Of a stretch of 64,000 nt of DNA, positions 10,383 through 20,932 are shown piece after piece. The translations under genes and the position numbers were made by a program. Location of the stretch: assembly GCA_963754875.1 (NCBI GenBank), contig CAVWHO010000015.1:96001-160000 (forward strand). Reading direction: 5' to 3'. Every line of letters begins with the position of its first letter. The first letter of the stretch is position 1. The notes under the pieces were generated by a model, which worked only from the letters and a program-made list of their open reading frames with translations, did no database searches and was not told the origin of the DNA. The stretch comes from Nitrospirota bacterium. Lineage in GTDB: Bacteria > Nitrospirota > UBA9217.

Positions 10383-12160
10383 CGTTTTGTCAAAATACTG
10401 CGATTAATTTTTCTGATTGCTTTTGCTTTTCAAGATGTTCTTAACAATTCTCTTGTCTCCCCCCTGAAAATGAGCTAAAAGTAGTGTTGATAACACCCTC
10501 AAGGGAGAGCTTGCTCATGTCGAACACGTCGCGTGTTGCTCGTTTTATCATCTGGATCTGTTCCAAGTTCACTCGCGTTGAAATTGAACAGATCGCCGCC
10601 GGGTTACAGGATGTTCTCCAAAATCGCAATCCGGAAGTGAAACCGAAAGACGATTTTAAAGAGAAGCATCCAAACTACCGGCAGTTCGCGGTCGATCCAA
10701 AACCGCCGCTCACCGAACCGCTGCTCGAAAAAAAACACAAGAAACGAAAGACTACAACCAACTCTTAGCTCAGTACGAAGCGCTTCACGGAAAGCCTCTT
10801 GCTGCTGTAAAGCGCTGGGGCAAGTCTCATGCACTCCCCAAACTGGTTTTTTGCCCCGTCTGCAATGCCCCGCACGACTATCTCTACTACAACGACGGTA
10901 AGAAAAAATCTCAGATCAGGTGCAAGGTCTGTGGTCACTTGTTTCAAGCCGACCAGAGATTCCGTAAAAACGATAAGTCAAAATACTTTTGCCCCTACTG
11001 CAACCACGCTCTCTTTCGTTGGAAAATGCGGAAAGAGGTTACGCTTTACAAATGCCCCAACGATGACTGCCAGCACCGCGTCCAGGCCATCGCAAAACTT
11101 AATCCGGCTGAGCGTGCATTACAGAAGAAACGAAGCTCGCAGTTCAAGCTCTGCTACCAGTACCGGGAGTATCATTACAAACCCCAAGAGCTTCTTCACT
11201 CTGAGCCCGAAAAGCCGATCGTCGAGCTTACGAAGATCCATAACTCCGAGAACGTCCTCGGCCTGATCCTTGCCTTTTATGTTTCCTTCGCCGTTCCAGC
11301 CAGGAAAACCGCGGCTATTTTGAAGTCCGTCTTCAATATCAAAGTCTCTTATCAGACGGTCCTAAATTATGCGGCAGCCGCAGCGTTTTACTGCCACAGC
11401 TACAATCTCCAGCGTAAAGGCCCGATCGATTCTATTCAGGCTGGCGATGAAACGTATATCAGGGTCCTGGGGAAGCATCAATACGTCTTTTTCTTCATCT
11501 CATCCAAGAGCCTGAAAATCACCGCCTACCATGTTGCCGATAACCGGGGAACGCAACCAGCAATCATCGCCATGAACGAAGCGATCCGTACCGCAGCTCC
11601 CGGTCAGGAGATTATCCTCGTGACCGACGGCAATCCTTCCTACCCAGCCGGCATCCATTTTCTGAATGCTCAGGAAGGCGATGATCCCGATATCCAGCAC
11701 CACAAGGTCATCGGCCTCCAAAACCTCGATGCCGAGTCAACGGAATGGAGGGCGTTTAAACAGCTCATCGAGCGCTTGAATAGGACCTACAAGTATCACG
11801 TGAGGCCTGCGGCCGGTTTCAACAGTAACAACGGCTCCGTGGTCCTGACGACGCTCTTTGTGACCCATTACAACTTTCTCCGCCCTCACATGTCATTGAA
11901 CTACAAGCCACCCGTTCAATTGCCGGAGCTCCAGGCCATTACCACGCTTCAGGGCAAATGGGCGAAGATTCTTTCTCTCGCTGCTTAAACTTTCCGCCTG
12001 CTACATCTCAAAGAACGATCTCGTTAATGGACTTCTGTTGCCTGCTGCGTCCCATGCCGACGGTCGATCCGCCGCTAGATGATCTGGCTCCCCGTCGCTA
12101 ACCTTATCCGTCGATCATTTCATAGGGTCTACTCTCATTTTCATGAAAGTTTTGACACTA
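10383..12160 (+). mobile_element. insertion sequence with IS6/IS240-like DDE transposase (Zn-ribbon N-terminus)
   Basis: Inverted ends TGTCAAAA (10388-10395) and TTTTGACA (12150-12157); direct repeat TCCTGCGCCC at 10373-10382 and 12161-12170; sits between two MCP genes. Family assignment is tentative. Confidence 0.85.
10517..11988 (+). CDS. DDE transposase, two frames joined by a -1 shift at A8 (10728-10735)
   Basis: ORF A (MSNTSRV...) ends at 10768. The -1 frame is open from the A-run through CPVC..CKVC..CPYC..CPNDDC and GDETY..VTDG..IERLNRTYK..HYNFLRPH. Confidence 0.85.
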
Positions 12161-12180
12161 TCCTGCGCCCTTCGTTTTCC

Positions 12181-13905
12181 TTAAAACTTTTCGAACTCCG
12201 CGTCCCGCGAATCTCCGTTACCCTTCATTTTATCATGCCCCAGGTTCAACGCCACGCCGCTCTGTTTGACTGTGGCGCCTGCGGCCTGGGTTTTCGGGAG
12301 CAAATGCGCGACCTGCACCTTGTGCAGGGGCGTGGCATGCTTTGTTGCCTGTGGAAGCGCGTGTCGGCCTGCTTCCCTGTCGTCAACCTTAAAAAAGGCA
12401 ATCGTGCTCTGGAGCTGTTCAGCCTGGGACGAGAGCTCCTCGGCAGTAGAGGACATTTCTTCTGCTGCGCCCGCGTTCTGCTGGATCACCTGGTTGAGCT
12501 GCTGGATCGCCGAATTGATCTGGTCCGCGCCCGTGGTCTGCTCCTTCGAGGCCGCGCTGATCTCCTGCACCAGTTCCGCGGTCTTCTGGATGTCCGGCAC
12601 CAGCTTGGCCAGCATCTGGCCCGCTTTTTCCGCCACTTCTACGCTCGATGCGGACAGATGGCTGATCTCTCCAGCCGCAGTCTGACTCCGTTCCGCAAGC
12701 TTCCGCACTTCCGAAGCCACCACGGCAAAACCCTTCCCGTGCTCGCCGGCGCGGGCCGCTTCGATCGCCGCATTCAAAGCCAGCAGGTTCGTCTGGCGGG
12801 CGATCTCTTCAATGATAGAGATCTTCGATGCGATGTCCTTCATGGCGCCTACGGTCTCGGATACTGCCTTGCCGCTCTCCATGGCGTCAGCGGCGGATTT
12901 GAGTGCGATCTTTTCGGTCTGCGACGCATTATCCGCGTTCTGTTTGATTGTGGCGTTCATTTCCTCGACCGAAGATGAAGCTTCTTCTGCCGACGCCGCC
13001 TGCTCCGTGGTCCCCTGGGACATCTGCTCGGCACCCGAGGACAGCTGCTGGGACCCCGAGGCCACATTGTCCGATGCGCCCTTGACGTCCGCCACGACGG
13101 TCTTGAGCCGCTCGACCATGTTCTTCATGGATGTGAGCAGCTGGGCGGTTTCATCCTTGCCCTTTACGTCAATACGAATATTGAGGTCGCCCTCTGCCAT
13201 GCTGTTGGATACGGCCACAGCTTCTTTGAGCGGCACGGTTATGCTTCGTATTAACAGGAAGGAAGTCACCAGACTGAGCACTGTCCCGATCAGGATAAGA
13301 GTTATCGAGCTGAAAAAAACCGTATGGTACTTGTCGGAAGCGGTTTTCGCTATCGCTGCAAACGCCTCTTCCTCTTGTTTCTGCGTCGATTCGGCGATGG
13401 AGGCGGCGAGTTCCGTAGGCTCCCGGTCCATGCCCTTTACCATAGTATCCACGGTATGAACGCCTTTGAGGTCGCCCGAACCATAGTGGCTCAGAGCGTC
13501 GTGGTATTTGGAACCCATCTCCAGATGCTTTTTCAGAAATTCATCGACTTTTGACGAGTCCAGCTTCAACGACGTGAGCAAGCTCCTTAGCTTCTGCCCC
13601 TTGCTCTGAACCGCGGACTCTTCTTTCTTAAAGTTTTCCTGGTATTTTACAAAATCTTCCGGTTTGTAACCTCTTAATAAAGTATCTTTCCATTCCTGGA
13701 CCTGTTTCTTGAAATTGAGCACAACGTCATCGGCATCGATGACTGCCTGTGTGTATATTTTGGCAGTCCCCATGCTTGCAACTAGCTGGCTGTTCGTGCT
13801 CGAAATGCCGTGCAGCAGATATACGCCTATGCCGATAAGCAGGAACGACATGAACCCTACCAGCACATTCAGCTTCACACCTATCTTTTTCCCCTCTAGC
13901 ATCAT
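12181..13905 (-). CDS. methyl-accepting chemotaxis protein (helical-bundle sensor, HAMP, pentapeptide EFEKF)
   Basis: Two TMs; [15 protein letters not shown] sensor motif; conserved signalling domain. Confidence 0.95.
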   Translation of the reverse strand: MMLEGKKIGVKLNVLVGFMSFLLIGIGVYLLHGISSTNSQLVASMGTAKIYTQAVIDADDVVLNFKKQVQEWKDTLLRGYKPEDFVKYQENFKKEESAVQSKGQKLRSLLTSLKLDSSKVDEFLKKHLEMGSKYHDALSHYGSGDLKGVHTVDTMVKGMDREPTELAASIAESTQKQEEEAFAAIAKTASDKYHTVFFSSITLILIGTVLSLVTSFLLIRSITVPLKEAVAVSNSMAEGDLNIRIDVKGKDETAQLLTSMKNMVERLKTVVADVKGASDNVASGSQQLSSGAEQMSQGTTEQAASAEEASSSVEEMNATIKQNADNASQTEKIALKSAADAMESGKAVSETVGAMKDIASKISIIEEIARQTNLLALNAAIEAARAGEHGKGFAVVASEVRKLAERSQTAAGEISHLSASSVEVAEKAGQMLAKLVPDIQKTAELVQEISAASKEQTTGADQINSAIQQLNQVIQQNAGAAEEMSSTAEELSSQAEQLQSTIAFFKVDDREAGRHALPQATKHATPLHKVQVAHLLPKTQAAGATVKQSGVALNLGHDKMKGNGDSRDAEFEKF

Positions 13906-13980
13906 AAGTCCTCCTTGTCATGTTGCGTTTCATGTCGCTTCCGGATTTAATTGGTTGTCAAGCTCACTTTCGCCGCTGTT

Positions 13981-16152
13981 TCAGGACTGGCCGCATCCCT
14001 TGGTAAGAAGCATTTCCTGTTGCTCAACGAGCCGGATAAGCTTGGGAACATCGAGGATCAGCGCCACAGACCCGTTTCCCAGGATCGTTGCTCCGGAGAT
14101 GCCGTCCACGTTGCGGTAGAACGAGCCAAGGGACTTGATCACGGTCTGGTGTTCGCCGACAACGGTGTCCACGACCAATCCGACCCTCCTGTTCTCCACG
14201 CTCGTGATCACGATCTGCTCGAAGTCGGGGCGTTCTCCGCCTGCGAGAAAGTGCTCGCGGAGCCGGATGTAAGGCACCAGCTGCCCGCGTACGTTGGCCA
14301 GACGCCGTCCGTGGGTGCTTTGTGAATCGTTGTGCGTCAATTCTACACATTCCTCGACAAGGGACAGGGGGAAAATAAAATGCTCTTCTCCTATCCGCGT
14401 CAGGAAGCCGTCTATGATCGCAAGGGTAAGCGGGAGCTTGAGCGTAATCGACGTGCCTTTGCCTTTCACACTGCTGACCGCGATAGAGCCGCGAAGCGTA
14501 TCGATGGCCCGCTTGACCACGTCCATTCCGACGCCGCGTCCCGAAACGCCGGTGACGACCTTTGCCGTCGAAAACCCCGGCTCGAGGATCAATTCCCACA
14601 GCTTGCCTTCGGAAAGGTCTGCGTCTTTTTGGACCAGTCCTTTATCAACGGCCTTCATGCGGATGGCCTCGGCATCGAGCCCCGCCCCGTCGTCTTCCAC
14701 GCGGATCAGCACGTGAGCACCCGAATGCACCGCGGACAGGCGGATAGTTCCGCATCTCGCCTTTCCGGCGGCCGCGCGCGTTTCCGGATCCTCTATCCCG
14801 TGATCGATGCTGTTCCTGATGATGTGGACGAGCGGGTCGCTCAAACGCTCGATGACGGTCTTGTCCAGTTCCGTTTCGGCGCCTTCGGTGGTGAGCTCTA
14901 TTTCCTTGCCCAGTTCTGCGGACAGATCGCGCACGAGCCGCTTGAACTTGCTGAACGTCGTCCCAATCGGCAGCATGCGGATGTTCATGGTTGTATCGCG
15001 GAGCGAAGCCGTAAGCCGCTCCACTTCCTCGGCTATCGAGGACAGTTCGACATGCTGGGCCTGAAGCGCGGTCTGGCTGAGGCGGGCCTGGACCGTAACG
15101 AGCTCGCCCACGAGGTTGACGAGGCTGTCCAGCTTGTCCGTCGCCACCCGGATGCTGGTCACGGCATCGGCGCTCTTCCGTTGCTCGCGCATTTCCCGCA
15201 CGTGCTGCTGCTCGACCAAAGCCGACTGCACTTTTTCCGGAGAGACAATGCCGGTCTCGACGAGCATTTCTCCGACTTTCTTCTGCGAATGCAGCACTTT
15301 TTCGAGGTCCTCGGTCACCAGGTCTCCGCGTTCGAGCAGGATTTCCCCGAGCTTCTTATATGCAGCTTCACCGTCGATATGTCCTTCGCGGTCGATGACG
15401 CTGATCTTTACGTAACTGGTGTCTTTCACAAAAATGAAAACGTCCTCGATCACGTTCAATTCACGGTTGGTCGTCAGGATGATATCCCAATAGGTATTGC
15501 AAGCATGCGGATCGATAGTTCCGAGATGGGGAATGGCCTCCGTTTGGGCCACGACCTTGCAAGCGCCCAGGGTACGCAGTTCGTCGATAAGCTTGACGGG
15601 GTCAGTGCCCCGGACAAAGACCTCCGGGTGGGGCCAGAACCGGATCCGGTAGGTGACGGACCGTCCTGCTCCTTTGTTCGTTGAGGCGGCGCCCTCCGGC
15701 GCGGTTGTCGTTTTCGCCGGCGCCTTCGCGTCAGGGACCAGCTCCAGCAGCGCGGTGATGATTTCCCTGGACTTCGCCTCGTCCACGGACCCGTTCTGAT
15801 AGTATTGGTCGAACAGCGCCCTGATCTGGTCGCGCGCCTGAAGCGTCAGGTCGATGATTTGCCTGGTCGCGCTCGCTTTGCCGTTCCTGATTTTGTCGAA
15901 GATCGACTCGAGCTCGTGAGTGAACGCGACGACATCGTGGAACTCGCACGCGCCGCCCAACCCTTTGATCGTGTGCATGGCCCGGAAGGCCCGTCCGATC
16001 TGCTCCGCGTCGTCAGGCGTCTTTTCGAGTTCAAGCAGGGCGCTTTCCAGTTCCGCCAGAAGTTCATAGGCCTCTTCCTTGAACGTCGTGCGGAGTTCCT
16101 TGACGATCTGGTCCGGAGTGTATTCGTCCTGCATGTGCAGCGGTTTATCCAC
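13981..16152 (-). CDS. cheA: chemotaxis histidine kinase CheA (second copy) with MshEN-like repeats
   Basis: Hpt FRAMHTIKG, RNSIDHG, PGFST, GRGVGMDVV, C-terminal CheW domain. Confidence 0.95.
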   Translation of the reverse strand: MDKPLHMQDEYTPDQIVKELRTTFKEEAYELLAELESALLELEKTPDDAEQIGRAFRAMHTIKGLGGACEFHDVVAFTHELESIFDKIRNGKASATRQIIDLTLQARDQIRALFDQYYQNGSVDEAKSREIITALLELVPDAKAPAKTTTAPEGAASTNKGAGRSVTYRIRFWPHPEVFVRGTDPVKLIDELRTLGACKVVAQTEAIPHLGTIDPHACNTYWDIILTTNRELNVIEDVFIFVKDTSYVKISVIDREGHIDGEAAYKKLGEILLERGDLVTEDLEKVLHSQKKVGEMLVETGIVSPEKVQSALVEQQHVREMREQRKSADAVTSIRVATDKLDSLVNLVGELVTVQARLSQTALQAQHVELSSIAEEVERLTASLRDTTMNIRMLPIGTTFSKFKRLVRDLSAELGKEIELTTEGAETELDKTVIERLSDPLVHIIRNSIDHGIEDPETRAAAGKARCGTIRLSAVHSGAHVLIRVEDDGAGLDAEAIRMKAVDKGLVQKDADLSEGKLWELILEPGFSTAKVVTGVSGRGVGMDVVKRAIDTLRGSIAVSSVKGKGTSITLKLPLTLAIIDGFLTRIGEEHFIFPLSLVEECVELTHNDSQSTHGRRLANVRGQLVPYIRLREHFLAGGERPDFEQIVITSVENRRVGLVVDTVVGEHQTVIKSLGSFYRNVDGISGATILGNGSVALILDVPKLIRLVEQQEMLLTKGCGQS

Positions 16153-16501
16153 TGTGCGCTCCTGAAATATCGACCCAAAGACAGCTCTTGTCCAAATCCA
16201 GTTTGCAGCCCGCGTGGCGGGAGAAGCCGGACGCGTCCACGGCTTCCTTCAGCGCCTGGGGCGCGGTCCCCTCAAGCTCGACATGCTTCTTCTGCTGCGT
16301 GGCGCTCCGATGGAGGGAGCAGAACAGTTGCAGCAGGGACAGGTCTACCTTCTGAACGTGGTCAAAGACGATAGCAATGTCATCAGTCTCTCCCACGGCC
16401 TTGAGGAAAGCCTTCTTCAGCTCTTCGGATTGCGGCAGGGTGAGCTCGCCGTTCAGCACAACTCGCAATTTTTCACCTGTTTTTTCGAGCGTTACTCCCA
16501 T
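16145..16501 (-). CDS. STAS-domain protein
   Basis: LNGELTL...VQKVDLSLLQL STAS_2 pattern; located between the two cheA genes. Confidence 0.85.
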   Translation of the reverse strand: MGVTLEKTGEKLRVVLNGELTLPQSEELKKAFLKAVGETDDIAIVFDHVQKVDLSLLQLFCSLHRSATQQKKHVELEGTAPQALKEAVDASGFSRHAGCKLDLDKSCLWVDISGAHSG

Positions 16502-16641
16502 AAGTCCTCCGCTTCTTGAAAACTAAATCACTTAACGCAATCGGGTATCTTTGAAATGGCATACGAAAGAGATGCGGCAAAAAACAGTTTTAGGTCCTCA
16601 TTTCAGCCCTCACTGTTGTCTAACTGATCACCTCTGACCGT

Positions 16642-18801
16642 TCACACCGAAGCACCTGCGGTCGCATTGCGCAGGGAACCCGTTCGCTGTTCTGCTTCCC
16701 GGATGAGCTTTGGCACATCAAGGATCAATGCCAGCGTGCCGTCGCCGAGGATTGTCGCCCCTGATACGCCGGGCACGTTTTGATAAAACTTTCCCAGGTT
16801 CTTTATCACGGTCTGATGGCCGCCGATGACGTGGTCAACGACGAACCCGACCCTGCGGTCGTTGACCCGGGTGATCACGATCTGTTCGATCTTCGGCTGG
16901 TCGCTCTCGATCAGGAACTGCTCGCGGAGCCGCAGGTAGGGAACGATCCGGCCCCGTACATTGGCGATATTCCTGTTGTTGGCGACGTTCCGCTCGATAC
17001 TGCTCAGTTCAACGCACTCCTCGACCAGGGAAAGAGGAAAGACGAAGTGTTCGCCGCCGATCCGCGTGAGGAACCCGTCGATGATCGCCAGGGTCAGCGG
17101 CAGCTTGAGGGTCATCGTCGTGCCGGCGCCCTTGGTGCTGCTGATATCGATCGACCCCCGGAGGGCATCGATGGTCTTCCGAACAACGTCCATTCCCACG
17201 CCGCGGCCGGACACGCTGGTGATTTTTTTCGCCGTTGAAAAGCCCGGTGCGAAGAGCAGCGCAAAAAGCTCCTGCTCCGACAGGTCTGCATCGGCCGCGA
17301 TGAGCCCTTTTTCCACGCCCTTGGCGCGGATGACTTGCGGATCGAGGCCGGCCCCGTCATCGGCGATCCGGATCAGGACGTTCGCGCCGGAATGGACGGC
17401 GGAAAGACGGATGGTCCCCTGCCTCGGCTTGCCCGCTGCCTCGCGGTCCCTGGGCGGCTCGATGCCGTGGTCGATGCTGTTCCTGATGAGATGCACGAGG
17501 GGGTCGCCGAGCCGTTCAATGACGGTCTTGTCCAACTCGGCCTCTGCTCCCTCGGTCGTCAGCTCGATCTCTTTGCCGAGTTCGGCCGAAAGGTCCCGCA
17601 CGAGGCGCTTGAAGCGGCTGAAGGTGGTCCCGATCGGCAGCATGCGGATGCTCATGGTGTTGTCGCGGAGCCCCGCGGTCAGGCGTTCGACTTCTTCGGC
17701 AATAGACCGGAAGTCCGTTTGCCCGTTCTGTTTGTTTGCCGCCGCCTGGCTGAACCGCGCCTGCACCGTGACGAGTTCTCCCACGAGATCGACGAGCCGG
17801 TCCAGTTTTTCCGCGGGCACCCTGACGCTGAGGGTGGACTCCTCTTTCTGGCGTTTTTCCCGCACGTCTTTGATATGCTCCTGTTCCGCAAGCGCAGAGA
17901 CCACTTTTTCAGGCTCGATCGCGCCCATCCCGACAAGGATCTGGCCGAACCTTTTTTGCGAGGAAAGCGCCTCTTTGACCGCTTCAGGGGTCACATCGCC
18001 GCGTTCGAGCAGGATATCTCCGAGCTTTTTATTATACGTTTGATAATCCGTCTGACCGGCCGCATCGATGACGTCGGCGACCTCGATCTTCAAATCGCAG
18101 CCATCGGCGACGAAGATGAACACGTCTTTGACGGAGTTCAGCCCGCGGTCGGTGGTCAGGATGATGTTCCACTCCGTATAGCAGGATTCAGCGTCGATTT
18201 CGTTCAGGTAGGGAATCGGATCGGTCAGGGCCACGATGGTACACTGCCCGAGACTGCGGAGTTCCTCCAGCAAGAGCACGGGGTTGCCGCCGGTCTTGAA
18301 CATGTTTTTATGCGGACGGAAAGTGATGCGGTAGGTGGCGATCACATCGCTTGCGGCCGTTTGAGGCCGGGAAGCGGCAATTTCCTTGTCGGACGCCGGG
18401 GATTTGGGTAGTCCTTGCCCGGGGGTGAGGCCCTTCAGGTCTGCGATAATGGATGCGTTCTTCTGCTCCACATCAGGGCCGGTGCCGTCGGGCGAATCGA
18501 GCATCGACTTGATCTGGTCCCGGGCGGACAGGGTCAGGTTGATGAGGTCTTTGGAGACCTTCATCTTGTCGTTTCGTACCAGGTCGAAGACGGTCTCGAT
18601 CTCATGGGTAAACTTCGAGACTTTGTCGAACCCGAACATGGCGCCTGAACCCTTGATGGTATGCATGGCGCGGAAGACCCGGCCGATCAGGTCCTTGTTG
18701 CCAGGAGTCTCTTCCAGTTCGAGCAGGGCCGTTTCGAGCTCGGCCAGCAGTTCACCCGCCTCTTCCAGGAAGACCTGACTGTGCTTATCTTTCGCTCCCA
18801 C
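16642..18801 (-). CDS. cheA: chemotaxis histidine kinase CheA (first copy) with MshEN-like repeats
   Basis: FRAMHTIKGSGAMFG, RNSIDHG, GRGVGMDVV, CheW domain. Confidence 0.95.
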   Translation of the reverse strand: MGAKDKHSQVFLEEAGELLAELETALLELEETPGNKDLIGRVFRAMHTIKGSGAMFGFDKVSKFTHEIETVFDLVRNDKMKVSKDLINLTLSARDQIKSMLDSPDGTGPDVEQKNASIIADLKGLTPGQGLPKSPASDKEIAASRPQTAASDVIATYRITFRPHKNMFKTGGNPVLLLEELRSLGQCTIVALTDPIPYLNEIDAESCYTEWNIILTTDRGLNSVKDVFIFVADGCDLKIEVADVIDAAGQTDYQTYNKKLGDILLERGDVTPEAVKEALSSQKRFGQILVGMGAIEPEKVVSALAEQEHIKDVREKRQKEESTLSVRVPAEKLDRLVDLVGELVTVQARFSQAAANKQNGQTDFRSIAEEVERLTAGLRDNTMSIRMLPIGTTFSRFKRLVRDLSAELGKEIELTTEGAEAELDKTVIERLGDPLVHLIRNSIDHGIEPPRDREAAGKPRQGTIRLSAVHSGANVLIRIADDGAGLDPQVIRAKGVEKGLIAADADLSEQELFALLFAPGFSTAKKITSVSGRGVGMDVVRKTIDALRGSIDISSTKGAGTTMTLKLPLTLAIIDGFLTRIGGEHFVFPLSLVEECVELSSIERNVANNRNIANVRGRIVPYLRLREQFLIESDQPKIEQIVITRVNDRRVGFVVDHVIGGHQTVIKNLGKFYQNVPGVSGATILGDGTLALILDVPKLIREAEQRTGSLRNATAGASV

Positions 18802-18941
18802 GCGCTCTCCCGCTGGCTGTTGCTAAACTTTTTAAAAAAATTTCCCGCGGCGGGAAACTCAGGGAAAAGTTGTTTTCCATCGTTTTCCCTCCGCGCTCTT
18901 TGCGTCCTCTGCGGTAATAACGAATTTTTATCTCTTACTGT

Positions 18942-19307
18942 TCACTTAACGAACTTTTTTACCACATCCAGCAATTGCTCAGGCGAAAAGGGCTTCACGA
19001 TCCACCCGCTCGCCCCTGCCTGTTTGCCTTCCTGCTTTTTGCTTTCTTGTGATTCCGTCGTCAGCATGACGATCGGCGCGAATTTGTAGTCGGGCATGCT
19101 CCTGAGCTTTTTGATGAGCTCGATGCCGTCCATTTCCGGCATGTTGAGGTCGGTAATGACCATGTCGACCTTGGCTCCACCCAGTTTCCCAAGGGCGTCC
19201 TTGCCGTTTTCCGCAACGAGAACGTCATGCCCCGCGTCCTTGATCGTAAAGGATACCAGCTGTCTCATGGATGCGGAATCGTCTACTACGAGAAAAGTCT
19301 TTGGCAT
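18942..19307 (-). CDS. cheY: CheY
   Basis: VDDS, TDLNMP, MLTTES, GASGWIVKPF. Confidence 0.93.
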   Translation of the reverse strand: MPKTFLVVDDSASMRQLVSFTIKDAGHDVLVAENGKDALGKLGGAKVDMVITDLNMPEMDGIELIKKLRSMPDYKFAPIVMLTTESQESKKQEGKQAGASGWIVKPFSPEQLLDVVKKFVK

Positions 19308-19326
19308 GCGGTCTCTCCCGAATGTG

Positions 19327-20493
19327 CTATTTGCCCTGTGCGGCGAAAAGCGTATTTTTCATGACGGTCCGTTCTGATTCCATGGTGTACATTTTTTCGA
19401 GCCATTCGGTGCGGCGCTCGATCGTCTGCGCGTGCATCCGCTCGTTCACGGCCTGGAGGCGCTGCCGCAACTCTTCCGACTCCTGCTTGAACTTCAGGAG
19501 CGGATCAATGACGTGCTCGATGCGCTGCCTCGTGATGTCCTGGAACTGCATGGACATGATGATGCCGCTGATGTCCCTGGCAAGCGCCTCATTTTCCGTC
19601 TTCAATTCATCGAACCGGTCCTTCGCGCCGGCCATGACGCCATCGAGTGTCGTCAATGCATCCTCTACGGTTTTTCCGGCGTCGCTTGATTTTTTCGCAT
19701 TTTCGCTCACGCTTTTATCCGCCTTTTGATGGATCGTATCCATGTCCGTTCCTATTTTGTCGATCAGCTTTTTGATCTTGTCCGCGGCCGTGTTCGACCG
19801 GTCGGACAGCTTGCGGACTTCGTCGGCCACGACACTGAACCCCTTGCCGGACTCTCCGGCCCGGGCGGCCTCGATGGCGGCGTTCAACGCCAGGAGGTTT
19901 GTCTGCTGCGCGATATATTCGATCTCTTCGACGATCTTCTTGATGCTCTTCGCGTCGTTCGTGATGACTGCCATATCTTTCTGGGTCTCGATCCCGGCGC
20001 CGGCGAACGTGTCCAGGCTCGCCATGATTTCCGCGAAGGTCTTCCGGCTCACCTGGATGAGCGATGCTTCTTCTCCGGTGGCGCCGAAGCCCGTCAGCGC
20101 ATTGGCCGCATTTTCGGCCTGCTTCCGTGCGCGGCCCACGATGCGCATGAATTTATCGCCCATTTCGAGCGTGGCCTGTTCAGTCTGCTGGGTGACTTCC
20201 TTCAACTGCGTAGTCAGTACCGGCGTGATCTGGATGTTGGCATCCAGATGGGCGGTCAATGGGCCGATCACGGCATGTAACGCATCGACCTGTTGTTCCC
20301 GTTCCGCGGCCCAGGTGCATTCCATTGATGCCCGATAGGCTTTCAGAGCCGCGAGCGCCGCATACAGGGCGACTCCATAACAGAGCGCTGCCGCGGTAAT
20401 ACGGATCGCCGCCTGACCGATGAAAGACGGCACAGCAGCAAGCAACAGTGCGCCGGCTGTTTTTGTTTTTTCATTCCATTTCCATGCGTGCAT
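19327..20493 (-). CDS. short MCP-like protein lacking a periplasmic sensor, with C-terminal QFQDITRQ motif
   Basis: N-terminal hydrophobic hairpin; [40 protein letters not shown]. Confidence 0.88.
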   Translation of the reverse strand: MHAWKWNEKTKTAGALLLAAVPSFIGQAAIRITAAALCYGVALYAALAALKAYRASMECTWAAEREQQVDALHAVIGPLTAHLDANIQITPVLTTQLKEVTQQTEQATLEMGDKFMRIVGRARKQAENAANALTGFGATGEEASLIQVSRKTFAEIMASLDTFAGAGIETQKDMAVITNDAKSIKKIVEEIEYIAQQTNLLALNAAIEAARAGESGKGFSVVADEVRKLSDRSNTAADKIKKLIDKIGTDMDTIHQKADKSVSENAKKSSDAGKTVEDALTTLDGVMAGAKDRFDELKTENEALARDISGIIMSMQFQDITRQRIEHVIDPLLKFKQESEELRQRLQAVNERMHAQTIERRTEWLEKMYTMESERTVMKNTLFAAQGK

Positions 20494-20544
20494 GGCGATT
20501 CCGCCTGACGGGGGTTAAAAACTTTTTTATGAATTACGCTTTAC

Positions 20545-20571
20545 TTATCGGCACGCAGGACAAGATCTTTA
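20545..20571 (-). promoter_or_regulatory. sigma28 (FliA) promoter of chemosensory operon 1
   Basis: TAAA-N15-GCCGATAA, perfect consensus. Confidence 0.9.
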
Positions 20572-20727
20572 CTCCTGATTTTGCAACGTTGTGCAGTCAC
20601 AGCACCTGTGGGTACGGAAAATTTTCCGGCTGACTAAACCGTTTGTTACAAGTTGCATGTACATCTACAGTCAATCCGCCCTATCGACTTGTGGACATAC
20701 CTGTAACTCCTAACGTTGTGAAAAGAA

Positions 20728-20743
20728 TGCAAGAGTAGTGCCT
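20728..20743 (-). promoter_or_regulatory. sigma54 promoter upstream of chemosensory operon 1
   Basis: AGGCAC-tactc-TTGCA; GTC-N8-GAC site at 20787-20800 upstream. Confidence 0.7.
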
Positions 20744-20932
20744 CAAATTATTCCGACAAAAATCAACGGTCTGTCTGGTCTGAGATGTCGAAATTAAGAC
20801 AGTCGTCAAGATGGCATGCGGCCGGATTTTAGCTTAACGCATTAAGTAATAATCGTATATGCAGGGTCGTTTTTCAGGCAGGGGAGATTTGACTACCCCA
20901 TGAGTGTGAGAATATCGGCAGGCAATTTATTA

